The notes under the pieces: generated by a model | Told to the model about the DNA's origin: nothing | Databases searched by the model: none | Seen by the model: the letters and a program-made list of their open reading frames with translations, nothing else | In this document: in pieces, positions 10,298 to 20,529 of the stretch | Position numbering within the stretch: the first letter of the stretch is position 1 | How the letters are laid out: the number at the start of each line of letters is the position of its first letter | Position numbers and translations under genes: made by a program | IMG/VR virus record: IMGVR_UViG_3300017730_000004 | Origin: an uncultured virus (IMG/VR IMGVR_UViG_3300017730_000004) | Lineage: Duplodnaviria; Heunggongvirae; Uroviricota; Caudoviricetes | DNA length: 64,000 nucleotides | Strand: one strand, 5' to 3'

Positions 10298-13200
10298 CTA
10301 ACCCGACCTAACGTAAGCGGAATATGTTAAATTTGTTCGTTTGTTTGCAAAACTCTTCTCATATTCATCTGTATATCGATGTGGGAAGTAGTTTTCGAAT
10401 TCTGATATTCTCAGTCCTTCATATTTAGGTGTTTCTAACATTACATTTCCTACACCATTCTCTAAAACTATACCATCATGTCCTTCAAAAGTTAAAGCTT
10501 TACTTGTTATCGTAATTGCATGACTCAAAGTGATTTGAGTACTACTAACTATGGTTGCAATTGTAGGAGCGGTATCTAAATTAGTTCCTAACACCTCGTC
10601 TCCAACTTCAATCCTTGAACTGATTGCTGAACTAAAGTTTACAGTGGTAGAATTGTTTACTGCATTTGCAGTTTCTTGTATCACTGCATCATTATTACTA
10701 GTTGAGTCACGATGACCTTCACCTTTCATATAGTAAGATATATCATAAGTCTCTTGACTTGATAACATATTTAGTCGTCTTAATGTTGTTCCAAAACCAT
10801 AATTTTGTTCTGCTCTTGCATATGATTGACTTCTTTCTGTTACAAAATATTCTTCTTCTCTAACTATGGTTGCGTCTTCTATATGCATAGCTTCATTACC
10901 TATTGATACTGGTGAACCATCTACCAAGACTTCAGTTGCAGCTTCAAATTGAACGAAGTCTCCTTCCTCTGCATTTGTATTTTGTGTATGAGTAGGTTCC
11001 ATTCTCATGAAGTTATCAACTTGTTCTTGTACAATCTTATGACCAGTTTCTAATAATAGTCCTTCGTCATTAAGTGTTTGTACTGAAGTCTGTACTTTAC
11101 CATCCATAGAAGTTCTTGTTGGTAATGGTATAAGATTTGGTGGTGATGATTGGTCTAAAATAGATTCTGTTCCGTTACCACCAATGCCTGAAATTTCTAC
11201 ATGGTCTCCATACTGGTCTGTTGGATATAATGATAATACAGTATCAAAGGATGGAACAATTTTAGCTGCTCTTCCACCCATTCCAGCATGTAGTGTACAA
11301 TAATAGTAAAGAGTAGAAGGTGTTGAACCATCTACAATTAACTGAGTCAAGTTATATAAATCAGCTGAATTATTATGATTGTAGTTTATAACACCAGTTG
11401 TATAGATAGTTCCACCACCGTGAGTTCCATCTGCAGTGGTTGAGAATTTTAATATATGTGCTTTAGGCACTGAGAAGAAGTATTGATATCCTTGTTGAAC
11501 TTCTATTGTTCCAGCTCCGTCTGCAATTCCCATTACAAACTTACCATTTGAAACTGTTACAGGAACAGCAACCTTCTTCGGATTACCATCTGTTCTAGTT
11601 GTTTTTCTTTCTATTGGTTCTGCTTTAGAAACAATTCTTTGAATATTTACGTGTCTTGATTGTAATCTAGTAGATTTTTGTACTGGGTCTGTTATGACTA
11701 TTGCTTCTGAATCGTCACTACCATCACCGTCACTATCTTGGATTGCTGTAACTCTAAGTGATTCTGTATCAAAAACCCCATCTGAGGTTGGTGAACCAGC
11801 ATCTTTATAGAATGTTATTGGTGCATTAACCCTAGCAGCTGGGATGAATCTTTCATCGTTAATCTTACTCTCGGGTCTCGATAATTCATGGAGAACCTTA
11901 GTGCCGTCTTCAAATAGTATGTGATGGTCTTCGTAAATCTTACCATCTACTTTACTCTCAAGAACCATATAGTCTGTAAGATATGTCTGTATAATTCTTT
12001 GTGTTTCTTTAGAAGTATGTGCAAAATTATCTCTAGAGTTTTCATTCTCTAGTAGATGTATGTTTGTTGTTGAGTATAAGTCATGGTCAATTGCAAAACC
12101 ATCTTCTAATGCTAAGTGGTCTTCTTGATTTCTATCTGAGGTTTCTAACAATACATTATCTGTAGGATGTAATTGCATGATAACCATCGGTACCATTGAC
12201 ACAGCATTATCGGATGATGCATCTACTTCTGATTTGATTGCAACTTCACCAAAGAATATATGACCAGCTGGATGTAGCAAGTCTTTGACTATACTTCTCC
12301 ATTTATTAATAGACTCACCAACTCTAACTACATAAGAGTGAGATTGATATCTATAACTATCATGTATGTTGGCTGCTGTTGCATCTAACCAAGACTTGTC
12401 TCCTAGGAATTGTTCTTGTATTACACCTTCACCACCAAACGTACCACGACCATTATAAGGGTCATCGAACATTACGGTAAATGAATCTATGTTTTCATAT
12501 GCAACTCTTTCGTCCTGTAAAAAAGAACCTTTTAAATTTGTGTATTTAAGGATGTGTCTGTCTTGGTCATAATTAACTACGGTTGCAGTTGCACCCGAAA
12601 TATCACCAACAATTTTTGTTCCACTGTTTAGTGATGATGTTGGAGTTGTAATCAACATAGGGAAAATAGATGTAGGACTTACGACTGCATCTGAGGTGAA
12701 TCTATTACCTTGGTCTAGAATGTTTAATTCTTGAACTGCACCGATATCAGCTGAGTATACAAATAATTTTGCTCCAGCTCCAGTTGCAACATTGTTATTC
12801 AGAATAGTTGCAGTTACTAAAGAGTCATTACCTTTAATTAATTTACCGTTACCAAATATACCTGTATGTGTACTGTTTCTTAAAACTGTGATTCTATTTA
12901 ATCTTTTATCTATTTCTAAAATTGTTGCGTTTGCAGTTGTACTACCACTCTCTCTTTGTTCTAATAATTCACCTTCTACAAAACCTGTAACATCTTTAAC
13001 AAAAATATGTCCGCCTGGATAACATTTAGGAAGAGTGTGATAACCAGCACCACCGTCTGTGATTAAGACTTCTCTGATTCTTCCATCGGTAGAATTATAG
13101 TTTATAACTCTGCCATCTTCATAAACTATTCTGTAGTATTCTATAACAATCTCAATTACATCACCAGCACTACATGGTTCTGTGAATACTACTCTATCAT

Positions 13201-14872
13201 TTTTATGTGAATAGTCATGAACTGTATGTGAAGTATTAGCTTTTCTTTCTATACCATTCTTAAATACTGTGATTGAGTTATCATTAAAGAAAAGACTCTT
13301 TCCATGAATGTCATCACCACTGAAAAGTGTTTGATTTGCAGTTGCAATATATTCATACTGACCAAATGTCTCATGGTTTTCTTGGATGACCTCGTCACCT
13401 ACTGAACCTAGAATACCAGCTGCACCCGAACCACCAGTGGCAAAGTTATCAAAGACAACCATCTCTCCACCTTCATAATTGGTTCCACCAGTTTCAATAA
13501 ATACTTTTTGAACACCACCTAAAGATAAACCACTTATCGTGGATACTGCTTCTATAGTGTCGAGATTGTCCTTTGCACCTGTAAAATTAATTCTATCAGC
13601 AAAACTGTACATAGAACCAGCATTACCACCTTCGAGTAGAACACCACCACCATCTTCAAATAGTAGGTCGAACTCTACAGCTTCTTGTAGTATAAATCCA
13701 CCGCCAGACGCATCTTCTAATAATGTTTTATTTCCATCTTCTAATGATATCATACCATCTTCAGAATCTACACCAACATAGGTTGCAGATGCATCATGGT
13801 TTATAGAATGTACTAGACCTTGGATAGTTGCAGTCTCGGTTGTTATACCATCTCTATCAATTAAAAATACTGTACCACCTTGAGTAAAGGTACCTTTGTG
13901 ATTGTCTGTAATCTCTAATGAGTATTCGTCTTTGTTTAAATCTGTAACAAAGACTGCTTCAACAACTGATTCAGCTAGAACCTGTACTTTTGAAGAGTCT
14001 GTATATTGAATTAATTTATCTGTGGCAAGCGGTAGACTACCAACCTTTGTCATCTTTACATTTACTCTTCTCTTCTGAGAGTAATTAGAATCGGATGCAA
14101 ATATTGTTTCGTTGTAAGGGTAACGCACCTCTGCATCTTGACCATAGATAAGTCTCATTAAGAACTTTAATGATTCTTCTGTACCCTTTTGTTGATATAG
14201 GTCTTTGATGTTTTTGATTGTAAGTCTCTTGTTCATTGTGAGACCTAAATCGAAAGCTGGTGCTAAATCTGTTTGGAAGTAATTTAAAAACTCTTCCGTT
14301 GTATGGTCGATATCAGAATAATCTAATAGTCGATTGTTTGCGAGAATTGTATTCTCTTTATAGGACTTTACTGTGGCTGTTTGCCTTCCTTCTCGTCCAG
14401 TGATAGTTTCGCCTTTTGCAAAACCAGTTCCCGATATTGTCTTAAGATATAAACATCTACCACTAGGTTTATTGTTTATAACTGTAATTTCTGCAACCGT
14501 TTTACTATTTGTTCCAACAATATACTCACCAACCTTTAAAGGTTGTGCAGTAATAACATTATCGTTTGAATCTAAAAGTGATTGTGAATCAAGAGGGTTG
14601 GAATCTGTTCTTTCATATTTTATGAATGAATTTTCTTCGTCGGGTGATGGCGAGATGGTAGCAGGTTCCAATAACATGGAGCCTGTACCATCTTCATTTA
14701 AAATACCATCTATGTCACTCTCTACATCGAGAACTAAGATTTCTGCTTCTAGATATTCAAAGTATGCATTGAGGAAAGCCTCAAACATCGGAGATTCATC
14801 TTTCAAGTACTCGGGAAGTAATGAAGGAAGTCTCTGACTTAACTTATCTATAGTATAATCTTGGTGTGACAT
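10298..14872 (-). CDS. gp7: Baseplate wedge initiator gp7-like
   Basis: FLNAYFEYLE, IKNIKDLYQQKGTEESLKFLMRLIYG, YRYQSHSYVVR...VKDLLHPAGHIFFGE motifs; sits between gp6 and gp8. Confidence 0.8.
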   Translation of the reverse strand: MSHQDYTIDKLSQRLPSLLPEYLKDESPMFEAFLNAYFEYLEAEILVLDVESDIDGILNEDGTGSMLLEPATISPSPDEENSFIKYERTDSNPLDSQSLLDSNDNVITAQPLKVGEYIVGTNSKTVAEITVINNKPSGRCLYLKTISGTGFAKGETITGREGRQTATVKSYKENTILANNRLLDYSDIDHTTEEFLNYFQTDLAPAFDLGLTMNKRLTIKNIKDLYQQKGTEESLKFLMRLIYGQDAEVRYPYNETIFASDSNYSQKRRVNVKMTKVGSLPLATDKLIQYTDSSKVQVLAESVVEAVFVTDLNKDEYSLEITDNHKGTFTQGGTVFLIDRDGITTETATIQGLVHSINHDASATYVGVDSEDGMISLEDGNKTLLEDASGGGFILQEAVEFDLLFEDGGGVLLEGGNAGSMYSFADRINFTGAKDNLDTIEAVSTISGLSLGGVQKVFIETGGTNYEGGEMVVFDNFATGGSGAAGILGSVGDEVIQENHETFGQYEYIATANQTLFSGDDIHGKSLFFNDNSITVFKNGIERKANTSHTVHDYSHKNDRVVFTEPCSAGDVIEIVIEYYRIVYEDGRVINYNSTDGRIREVLITDGGAGYHTLPKCYPGGHIFVKDVTGFVEGELLEQRESGSTTANATILEIDKRLNRITVLRNSTHTGIFGNGKLIKGNDSLVTATILNNNVATGAGAKLFVYSADIGAVQELNILDQGNRFTSDAVVSPTSIFPMLITTPTSSLNSGTKIVGDISGATATVVNYDQDRHILKYTNLKGSFLQDERVAYENIDSFTVMFDDPYNGRGTFGGEGVIQEQFLGDKSWLDATAANIHDSYRYQSHSYVVRVGESINKWRSIVKDLLHPAGHIFFGEVAIKSEVDASSDNAVSMVPMVIMQLHPTDNVLLETSDRNQEDHLALEDGFAIDHDLYSTTNIHLLENENSRDNFAHTSKETQRIIQTYLTDYMVLESKVDGKIYEDHHILFEDGTKVLHELSRPESKINDERFIPAARVNAPITFYKDAGSPTSDGVFDTESLRVTAIQDSDGDGSDDSEAIVITDPVQKSTRLQSRHVNIQRIVSKAEPIERKTTRTDGNPKKVAVPVTVSNGKFVMGIADGAGTIEVQQGYQYFFSVPKAHILKFSTTADGTHGGGTIYTTGVINYNHNNSADLYNLTQLIVDGSTPSTLYYYCTLHAGMGGRAAKIVPSFDTVLSLYPTDQYGDHVEISGIGGNGTESILDQSSPPNLIPLPTRTSMDGKVQTSVQTLNDEGLLLETGHKIVQEQVDNFMRMEPTHTQNTNAEEGDFVQFEAATEVLVDGSPVSIGNEAMHIEDATIVREEEYFVTERSQSYARAEQNYGFGTTLRRLNMLSSQETYDISYYMKGEGHRDSTSNNDAVIQETANAVNNSTTVNFSSAISSRIEVGDEVLGTNLDTAPTIATIVSSTQITLSHAITITSKALTFEGHDGIVLENGVGNVMLETPKYEGLRISEFENYFPHRYTDEYEKSFANKRTNLTYSAYVRSG

Positions 14873-14886
14873 ATATTAGTTTAACC

Positions 14887-15360
14887 TTAACTTAAAGTTG
14901 CACCAGTATTTGCAACGACATACCATTTGGTACCGTTCCATATTAACACTACTGCTTCACCAATAGTATCCAACTTAATTTGCTCTGTACTGTCAGCTGA
15001 GAAACCCCAGTTTGATACAGTAATATTAGCTTTATGAGTTGAAGCTGGTTCAGTTGAAGCAAGGATAATTTTTAACTGACCTACGTCTGTTCCGTTATCC
15101 AAAGTGAATGCAACATCACCACCAAATGAACTTCCATCAATGAACGTTGCAAAAGTTGATGCAAGGTTTGATGCTGAAGCTGTCAATGTAGCAATATCAT
15201 CTACTGCTAAGTGAGTTGGAATGTTTTCAAACATCTGACCAATGGTCATCTTTTTGTTTACAGGAGTTCCGCCTGGGTTGTCTACAATGTGCAATAAATC
15301 ATCAGCACCGATTTCTGAATCAGCAACTGCTGTTAAAGCTGTTATTTTCTTATCTGCCAT
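14887..15360 (-). CDS. Hypothetical virion protein
   Basis: MADKKITALT...DDLLHIVD N-terminus and beta-rich C-terminus (LIWNGTKWYVV) typical of fibre-like proteins; AGGAG SD. Confidence 0.6.
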   Translation of the reverse strand: MADKKITALTAVADSEIGADDLLHIVDNPGGTPVNKKMTIGQMFENIPTHLAVDDIATLTASASNLASTFATFIDGSSFGGDVAFTLDNGTDVGQLKIILASTEPASTHKANITVSNWGFSADSTEQIKLDTIGEAVVLIWNGTKWYVVANTGATLS

Positions 15361-15392
15361 TTTTATTTCTCCTAAAATTGACTAATTTAATT

Positions 15393-15457
15393 AAAACCCC
15401 TTTCGAGGAATGCTACTCTAAGCACTGAACCTACAGTCTTAGACCACTCTATGCATA
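15393..15457 (-). ncRNA. Candidate structured RNA element plus terminator-like hairpin between gp6 and the 157-aa gene
   Basis: Stem UCUAAG-ACUG/CAGU-G-CUUAGA closed by AUGC/GCAU, then CCUC-GAAA-GGGG-UUUU. Confidence 0.4.
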
Positions 15458-15458
15458 A

Positions 15459-17330
15459 TTAATATGACGAGGTTGATGTTGATGAATAACCAACTCCAGC
15501 ACTCGACTCACCACTTGCAATGGTGTCTACTTCACCTGTTACCTTAACATCTAGAGGGTCAATGTCAACTAAGTTACCTAAGTTTGCGACCACATCATTA
15601 CCTGCTGGGATAACTGTGAAATCAATCGTTGAATCAGTATTACTCGTTGAAGTAATATTGATGGCATTGATTGTTATTTTCCCATTTGTATAATCCACTA
15701 AACCAGCTGTATTATCCAAATAAACTCTGGCACCACTTGATAAGTAGTACCTTCTTAGAATACCGTTACCATCATCATCGAAATAATGAAGGTTAGTTGC
15801 ATCCCCTTGAGTATAGAAACCTGTTGTTTGGGTGATACCACCACCCGCTGCATTATATCCAATGTTTGGATTATAAAATGCATTACCAAAAGAACTTGTA
15901 TAACCTGTTTCTTGTCCAGTCTTTATAGTAGTTCTTTTTCTTAATCTGATATTACATGTGTTAGATAGAATTGCACTATCTGTTTCATCGATTGCCTTAA
16001 CAAGATTTGAATGTCTGAATACTGCATCAAAGTTTGCAAGGTTAGTATTATCGAATGTATTGATTGAACTTGTTACTAATGTCACCAATTCTCCGTTAGA
16101 GTATTGTGTTGCATTCTCATTGTATTTGAACACACATGTTATTAAAATTTTAACTATGTCTGCATCTATAATGGTAGGTCTTACTGTCATCATATTTAAT
16201 GCATTTAGTTTTGTTTGTACTGCAGCCTTTTCTGTATCTGATAGATAGTCTGAGTTCTTAGGTTTTAGCGCAATGAACACCTTTCCATATTCAGGCGGGT
16301 CATTGTCTTCACCACCCCATACTGCAACTGCATCTGCGTTCGGGTAATACTCACTGACCTTTGCTTTGTAGTCATTCAGTGTTACCAGTCTGTTCTGAGA
16401 TGTATAGAACTTTGTTGCTTTAAATTTGATTGAGTCTATTGATTCTTTTTCTGCACCACCTGTGGATGCAATAACTCTTGTAGTTCTTATGTCTGAGAAT
16501 CCATTGATACTTCCCACCATTGAGAATTGATTAGCTCCATCTGCATGATTTTCATCTACCACAATATAGGTTACTGAAATTGAATCACCGTCTTTAAGAG
16601 CTGCACCAAGAACACCATCACCAAAATACAATTCAACATATCCTTCTTCATTCTCTTGTGTATAATATACTTTAGAGGTTGTATTAATTGATGAAATGTT
16701 TGTTGACAATGCATATGTGTCTGTAATACCATTTGATGTAACTGTAACACTTACCTTAGATTTGTCAACCCTTGGATTTGATAATACGAATTTTGGATTT
16801 GCAATTTGAGAATCAAAGATGTATATGTCTGTTGCATAAGTTCCTTGTACAAGGTTTACGTCCGTGTAATTGTAAGTAGTTCCATTCTGACTAGGTCTTA
16901 CTGTTGATGTCACTACATAATTATAATTAGTTCCATCATATACTGTCTGAAATACTGTTCCTCTTAACAATTGCATTTCTGCAGTTGTAGGAGATGTTCC
17001 ATTTGCATTAATTACATTAGAACATGCAACATCGATTGTTGCTTCAGAAGCTGATTCAGACGCTGGAATGAATCCTAAATCCTTTGCACGAGATACTACA
17101 TTCTTTCTCATTTGTGCAGAGTCTAGGAATAATTCCGAAGCTGCTATGTTTGTATTGATTGCACCAATGTGTGATGAGTATGCAAGAAGGTCAATCAAGA
17201 CCGACATATTTGACCCTTCAAAATCATAATCTTTAAATTGGTTTTGACCCTTTAAATAATTTTTTAGATTTTCTGCAATTGAATCAAAGTCTAAATCTGT
17301 GACGTTTATTTGTGAACTATTTGTTGCCAT
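15459..17330 (-). CDS. gp6: Baseplate wedge subunit gp6
   Basis: DLDFDSIAENLKNYLKGQNQFKDYDFEGSNMSVLIDLLAY; QNRLVTLNDY; WGGEDNDPPEYGKVFI. Confidence 0.95.
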   Translation of the reverse strand: MATNSSQINVTDLDFDSIAENLKNYLKGQNQFKDYDFEGSNMSVLIDLLAYSSHIGAINTNIAASELFLDSAQMRKNVVSRAKDLGFIPASESASEATIDVACSNVINANGTSPTTAEMQLLRGTVFQTVYDGTNYNYVVTSTVRPSQNGTTYNYTDVNLVQGTYATDIYIFDSQIANPKFVLSNPRVDKSKVSVTVTSNGITDTYALSTNISSINTTSKVYYTQENEEGYVELYFGDGVLGAALKDGDSISVTYIVVDENHADGANQFSMVGSINGFSDIRTTRVIASTGGAEKESIDSIKFKATKFYTSQNRLVTLNDYKAKVSEYYPNADAVAVWGGEDNDPPEYGKVFIALKPKNSDYLSDTEKAAVQTKLNALNMMTVRPTIIDADIVKILITCVFKYNENATQYSNGELVTLVTSSINTFDNTNLANFDAVFRHSNLVKAIDETDSAILSNTCNIRLRKRTTIKTGQETGYTSSFGNAFYNPNIGYNAAGGGITQTTGFYTQGDATNLHYFDDDGNGILRRYYLSSGARVYLDNTAGLVDYTNGKITINAINITSTSNTDSTIDFTVIPAGNDVVANLGNLVDIDPLDVKVTGEVDTIASGESSAGVGYSSTSTSSY

Positions 17331-17331
17331 C

Positions 17332-17751
17332 TTATCTTGCCCTCGTTACGGTGAATGTTAAATCTTGGTTTTTTACACCGTCGGTTATGTTATAAAAGAT
17401 GGTTACGTCCATCTCGTTTCTCTCAACCTCGCCAAACAATACTACAACATTTTTGACTCTTGGTTCGAAAGTCTCTATTACTTTTTTCATAGTAGACTTC
17501 ATTCTGTTTACCTTTCTATCTGTGTCCAATTCAAACAACATATTTCTAATAGAACCACCAAAGTTTGGCTTGAAAGGTCTTTCATATTTGTTGGTAAGAA
17601 CTATATTTCTTACTGCTCTACGAATTGCATCTGTATCTGTTTTGGTTGTAATGTCACCAGTAACAGGATGTGGTTTCATTGTAATATCCATATCGGCATA
17701 GATATTTTTTGTTGCAACTGTTTTTCCGTTATTTATTAGTGTCTTTGCCAT
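17332..17751 (-). CDS. gp25: Baseplate wedge subunit gp25
   Basis: AIRRAVRNIVLTNKYERPFKPNFG, FEPRV. Confidence 0.92.
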   Translation of the reverse strand: MAKTLINNGKTVATKNIYADMDITMKPHPVTGDITTKTDTDAIRRAVRNIVLTNKYERPFKPNFGGSIRNMLFELDTDRKVNRMKSTMKKVIETFEPRVKNVVVLFGEVERNEMDVTIFYNITDGVKNQDLTFTVTRAR

Positions 17752-17756
17752 GTATC

Positions 17757-17764
17757 TATTTATA
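17757..17764 (-). promoter_or_regulatory. Late promoter TATAAATA, 5 nt before the gp25 ATG
   Basis: TATAAATA-GATAC-ATG. Confidence 0.75.
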
Positions 17765-17779
17765 CTCGCTTACTTATTA

Positions 17780-19078
17780 CTAACTTGGTTTAACGGAACT
17801 ATATGTTCCCGAACTAGAACCACCACTCACAGTTGTTTTATGTGTATGAGATGAAAGCTTAGGTTTATTACCTTTCTTAGTTTGTATCTCGCCATCTGCA
17901 ACTATAGATTTCTTATTAGTCTGAGCTCCAGTGATATGAACCGTACCGTCAACTGTTAGATTTGTAGTCATTTTTGTAGTTGGTGAAGTGAATGTAGTGT
18001 TACCCACTACGTCTGCGTTTAGTGTTCCACCAATCTGTGCATCTACGTTACCTTCGGTCACATCTAGATTGACATTACCTTTTGATACTGTTGTAAGAAC
18101 ATTTCCTTCTGATACTGTTGTGGTCATATCACCCTTCAATATGTTTGTTGTTACATTACCTGTATTGACATTGATAGTTACGTTACCTTTCTCTACGGTT
18201 ACATCTGCATTACCAGCTATGTAAATCTTGTCATCCTTACATACTACTTGATAGTGGTCATTAACTATTCTAGAAACTTCTGAACCATCGGGATGTATCT
18301 CATGAAACGTTCCCGACCTATGATGTAAATTAATTCTTTCTTTAGTTGGAGTGTCATCTAATTCTATTAAATGACCCGACTCTGTTTGAGTAACTTTATT
18401 GTATGGATAGACTGGTTCCTCTGCACTGTCTAGGAATCCCTCTAGATTGTCTGATAATTTATGGTCATATAAAGTTCCAGTTTTGAGTGTTCCTCTTGCA
18501 AAGGTTGACAAATCGGATTGGTCGGTGTATAATGGATAGAAGGGTAAATCACTTTCAGTAAGTTCTGTCTCTGTAATCTTAGAACCAGTTGCATCATACA
18601 TGACTGTAATTTCTTTTGGTGTTTTTGGTGCAGTATCTAATGCAGTTGTTATTCCGAATCCTCGTCTAACATCTTGTTTTGGATTAGGCCCATCGGGTGT
18701 ATCATTATAATCTGCAACGGTTAATTTTCTTGGGTCATTGAAACCTCTTTCAACTGACCTACTAACCTGTTCATCGGTTACAGTTTCTTTATAACCTTTT
18801 TGTGGAATACCTGCTGACGTTCCAAGAATGATAGGGTCTTGTTTTAAATCACCATCTCTGTAATATCCAAATACTGTACAACCTTCTATAAGTCCATGTT
18901 GAGTTCCTATACCCGAGAGTCCAGCTGCAGTTGTAGGCAGAATTACTTGACACCAAGGTAAGTCGGGTGTTGCAATCCATTGTTTATTATCAGTGTGGAT
19001 TCCATGTATACGTACACGTACTCGACCTATCTTTAAAGGGTCTTGTCTATCTTCAACTATACCATAAAAGTAATCCAT
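17780..19078 (-). CDS. gp5: Baseplate hub / central spike gp5 (no lysozyme domain)
   Basis: OB-fold GIVEDRQDPLKIGRVRVRIHG; YPYNKVTQTESGHLIELDDTP; beta-helix repeats; C-terminal SHTH. Confidence 0.9.
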   Translation of the reverse strand: MDYFYGIVEDRQDPLKIGRVRVRIHGIHTDNKQWIATPDLPWCQVILPTTAAGLSGIGTQHGLIEGCTVFGYYRDGDLKQDPIILGTSAGIPQKGYKETVTDEQVSRSVERGFNDPRKLTVADYNDTPDGPNPKQDVRRGFGITTALDTAPKTPKEITVMYDATGSKITETELTESDLPFYPLYTDQSDLSTFARGTLKTGTLYDHKLSDNLEGFLDSAEEPVYPYNKVTQTESGHLIELDDTPTKERINLHHRSGTFHEIHPDGSEVSRIVNDHYQVVCKDDKIYIAGNADVTVEKGNVTINVNTGNVTTNILKGDMTTTVSEGNVLTTVSKGNVNLDVTEGNVDAQIGGTLNADVVGNTTFTSPTTKMTTNLTVDGTVHITGAQTNKKSIVADGEIQTKKGNKPKLSSHTHKTTVSGGSSSGTYSSVKPS

Positions 19079-20529
19079 TATATCTCCTTCGGTGATTTAT
19101 CACTATCTGCTAAACCTGGCGCATCCACAACCTTCATTGTGTAACTTTCTTTTGCACACTCTAAATGCATTACCCCTGTTGCAGTACCTATGTCTATGTT
19201 GCAACTAAGGTCGGTTATTAGATATCTATCATCATTCAACGTGTCACTAACGTTACCATCTATTGTTTCTGCATTTGGAATGTTTAATTTAATAACTGTC
19301 CCTACTGAGATATCTGTTCTTAATGGTATCGTTACAATTATTTTATGTTGTTCTAAAATTTCTAGTAAAGCACTTCTTTCTAATCTTGCATTGTCTTTGT
19401 TTTTACTTCCACTAAAAATTTCATCGGTTGAAATATCATCTGCATTATCAAAGGAGTGGTTTGACGTGTATCCATATTCCACTTTAGTTTCAAATGCTTT
19501 GTTCATTGCAAGGTCTACATCAAGTTCAATTATACTTGGTGCTTCCCTTTCGTCCATCTGATTGTTAGCAGATAACATAACTTCTTCATCATCTGTTATT
19601 ATCAATGGAAAGCCTGAGACATGTTTCTGACCTTTAGACATTGATTCTTGATAATCGTAAATAATGTCTTCTTCTAGTTTTCTAACTGGGTCATATATTT
19701 TCATAGATGAACCATATGCACCACCAATCAATCCAGCAAGTGTATCAAACTCTTGGGGTTTATAGTAATTGAGTATAACACTATTGAGACCGCCTGGAGC
19801 ATTCAAATCAGTTTGGTCTGTTTCCAAATTACTCTGAGTCGGTTTAAAGGTAAACTCAATTGGGAATTCTCTTTGCATCATTCCTTCTACTGAACCAAAT
19901 CTAAATCCACCATTAAGAGTCTGATAGAAAAACATTGAGTTTTTCCATCCTTCACTTACTTCTGAGTTTGCAGTGTTGACAACGTAATCCATAAATCTAT
20001 TCACTGACCAATTGGGACAAATGAATTGATGATTTGTTGTTTCAGTACCTTCCCATAAATCAAATTCTTCGGGTTGGAAGTTTGCTTCGTCTAATAATGC
20101 ATCCTGTAACATTTGACCTTTAGAACCTCTGAAAACTCTACTAAGTCTTTTCTTATTAACATAGAATTGTCTAGGGTCAACAAATTTTACTACATAAGAC
20201 ATAGTAGACTCTTTGGGTCTTTGAGTGTTTTCTACTTTGTATATTCTGAAAGTCTTATCAATAGTAAACTCTTTTGCAGCTTCTTCATCAAATCCTTCTT
20301 TTTGTTTTACAGATATACGAATAAACTCTTGTCCAGTAAAACGATAATTTTTAAGTAATCCTACCCCATCGATAAATGATGCTTGGCCCGAACAGAATTT
20401 ACTGAAGATTGATTCATATAAAGTTATACCAATACATACAGCATCAACCACGACTGTCTCACCGTGTTGATTTATAATTGTAAGTGCTTCGATGGAAAAA
20501 CCACCAGCAGTAAAATTGCCTTGGGCCAT
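19078..20529 (-). CDS. Probable baseplate hub protein (gp27-like)
   Basis: 483 aa between gp53 and gp5; LYESIF, MFFYQTLNGGFRF, ISVGTVIKLNIP...RYLITDL pattern. Confidence 0.6.
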   Translation of the reverse strand: MAQGNFTAGGFSIEALTIINQHGETVVVDAVCIGITLYESIFSKFCSGQASFIDGVGLLKNYRFTGQEFIRISVKQKEGFDEEAAKEFTIDKTFRIYKVENTQRPKESTMSYVVKFVDPRQFYVNKKRLSRVFRGSKGQMLQDALLDEANFQPEEFDLWEGTETTNHQFICPNWSVNRFMDYVVNTANSEVSEGWKNSMFFYQTLNGGFRFGSVEGMMQREFPIEFTFKPTQSNLETDQTDLNAPGGLNSVILNYYKPQEFDTLAGLIGGAYGSSMKIYDPVRKLEEDIIYDYQESMSKGQKHVSGFPLIITDDEEVMLSANNQMDEREAPSIIELDVDLAMNKAFETKVEYGYTSNHSFDNADDISTDEIFSGSKNKDNARLERSALLEILEQHKIIVTIPLRTDISVGTVIKLNIPNAETIDGNVSDTLNDDRYLITDLSCNIDIGTATGVMHLECAKESYTMKVVDAPGLADSDKSPKEI

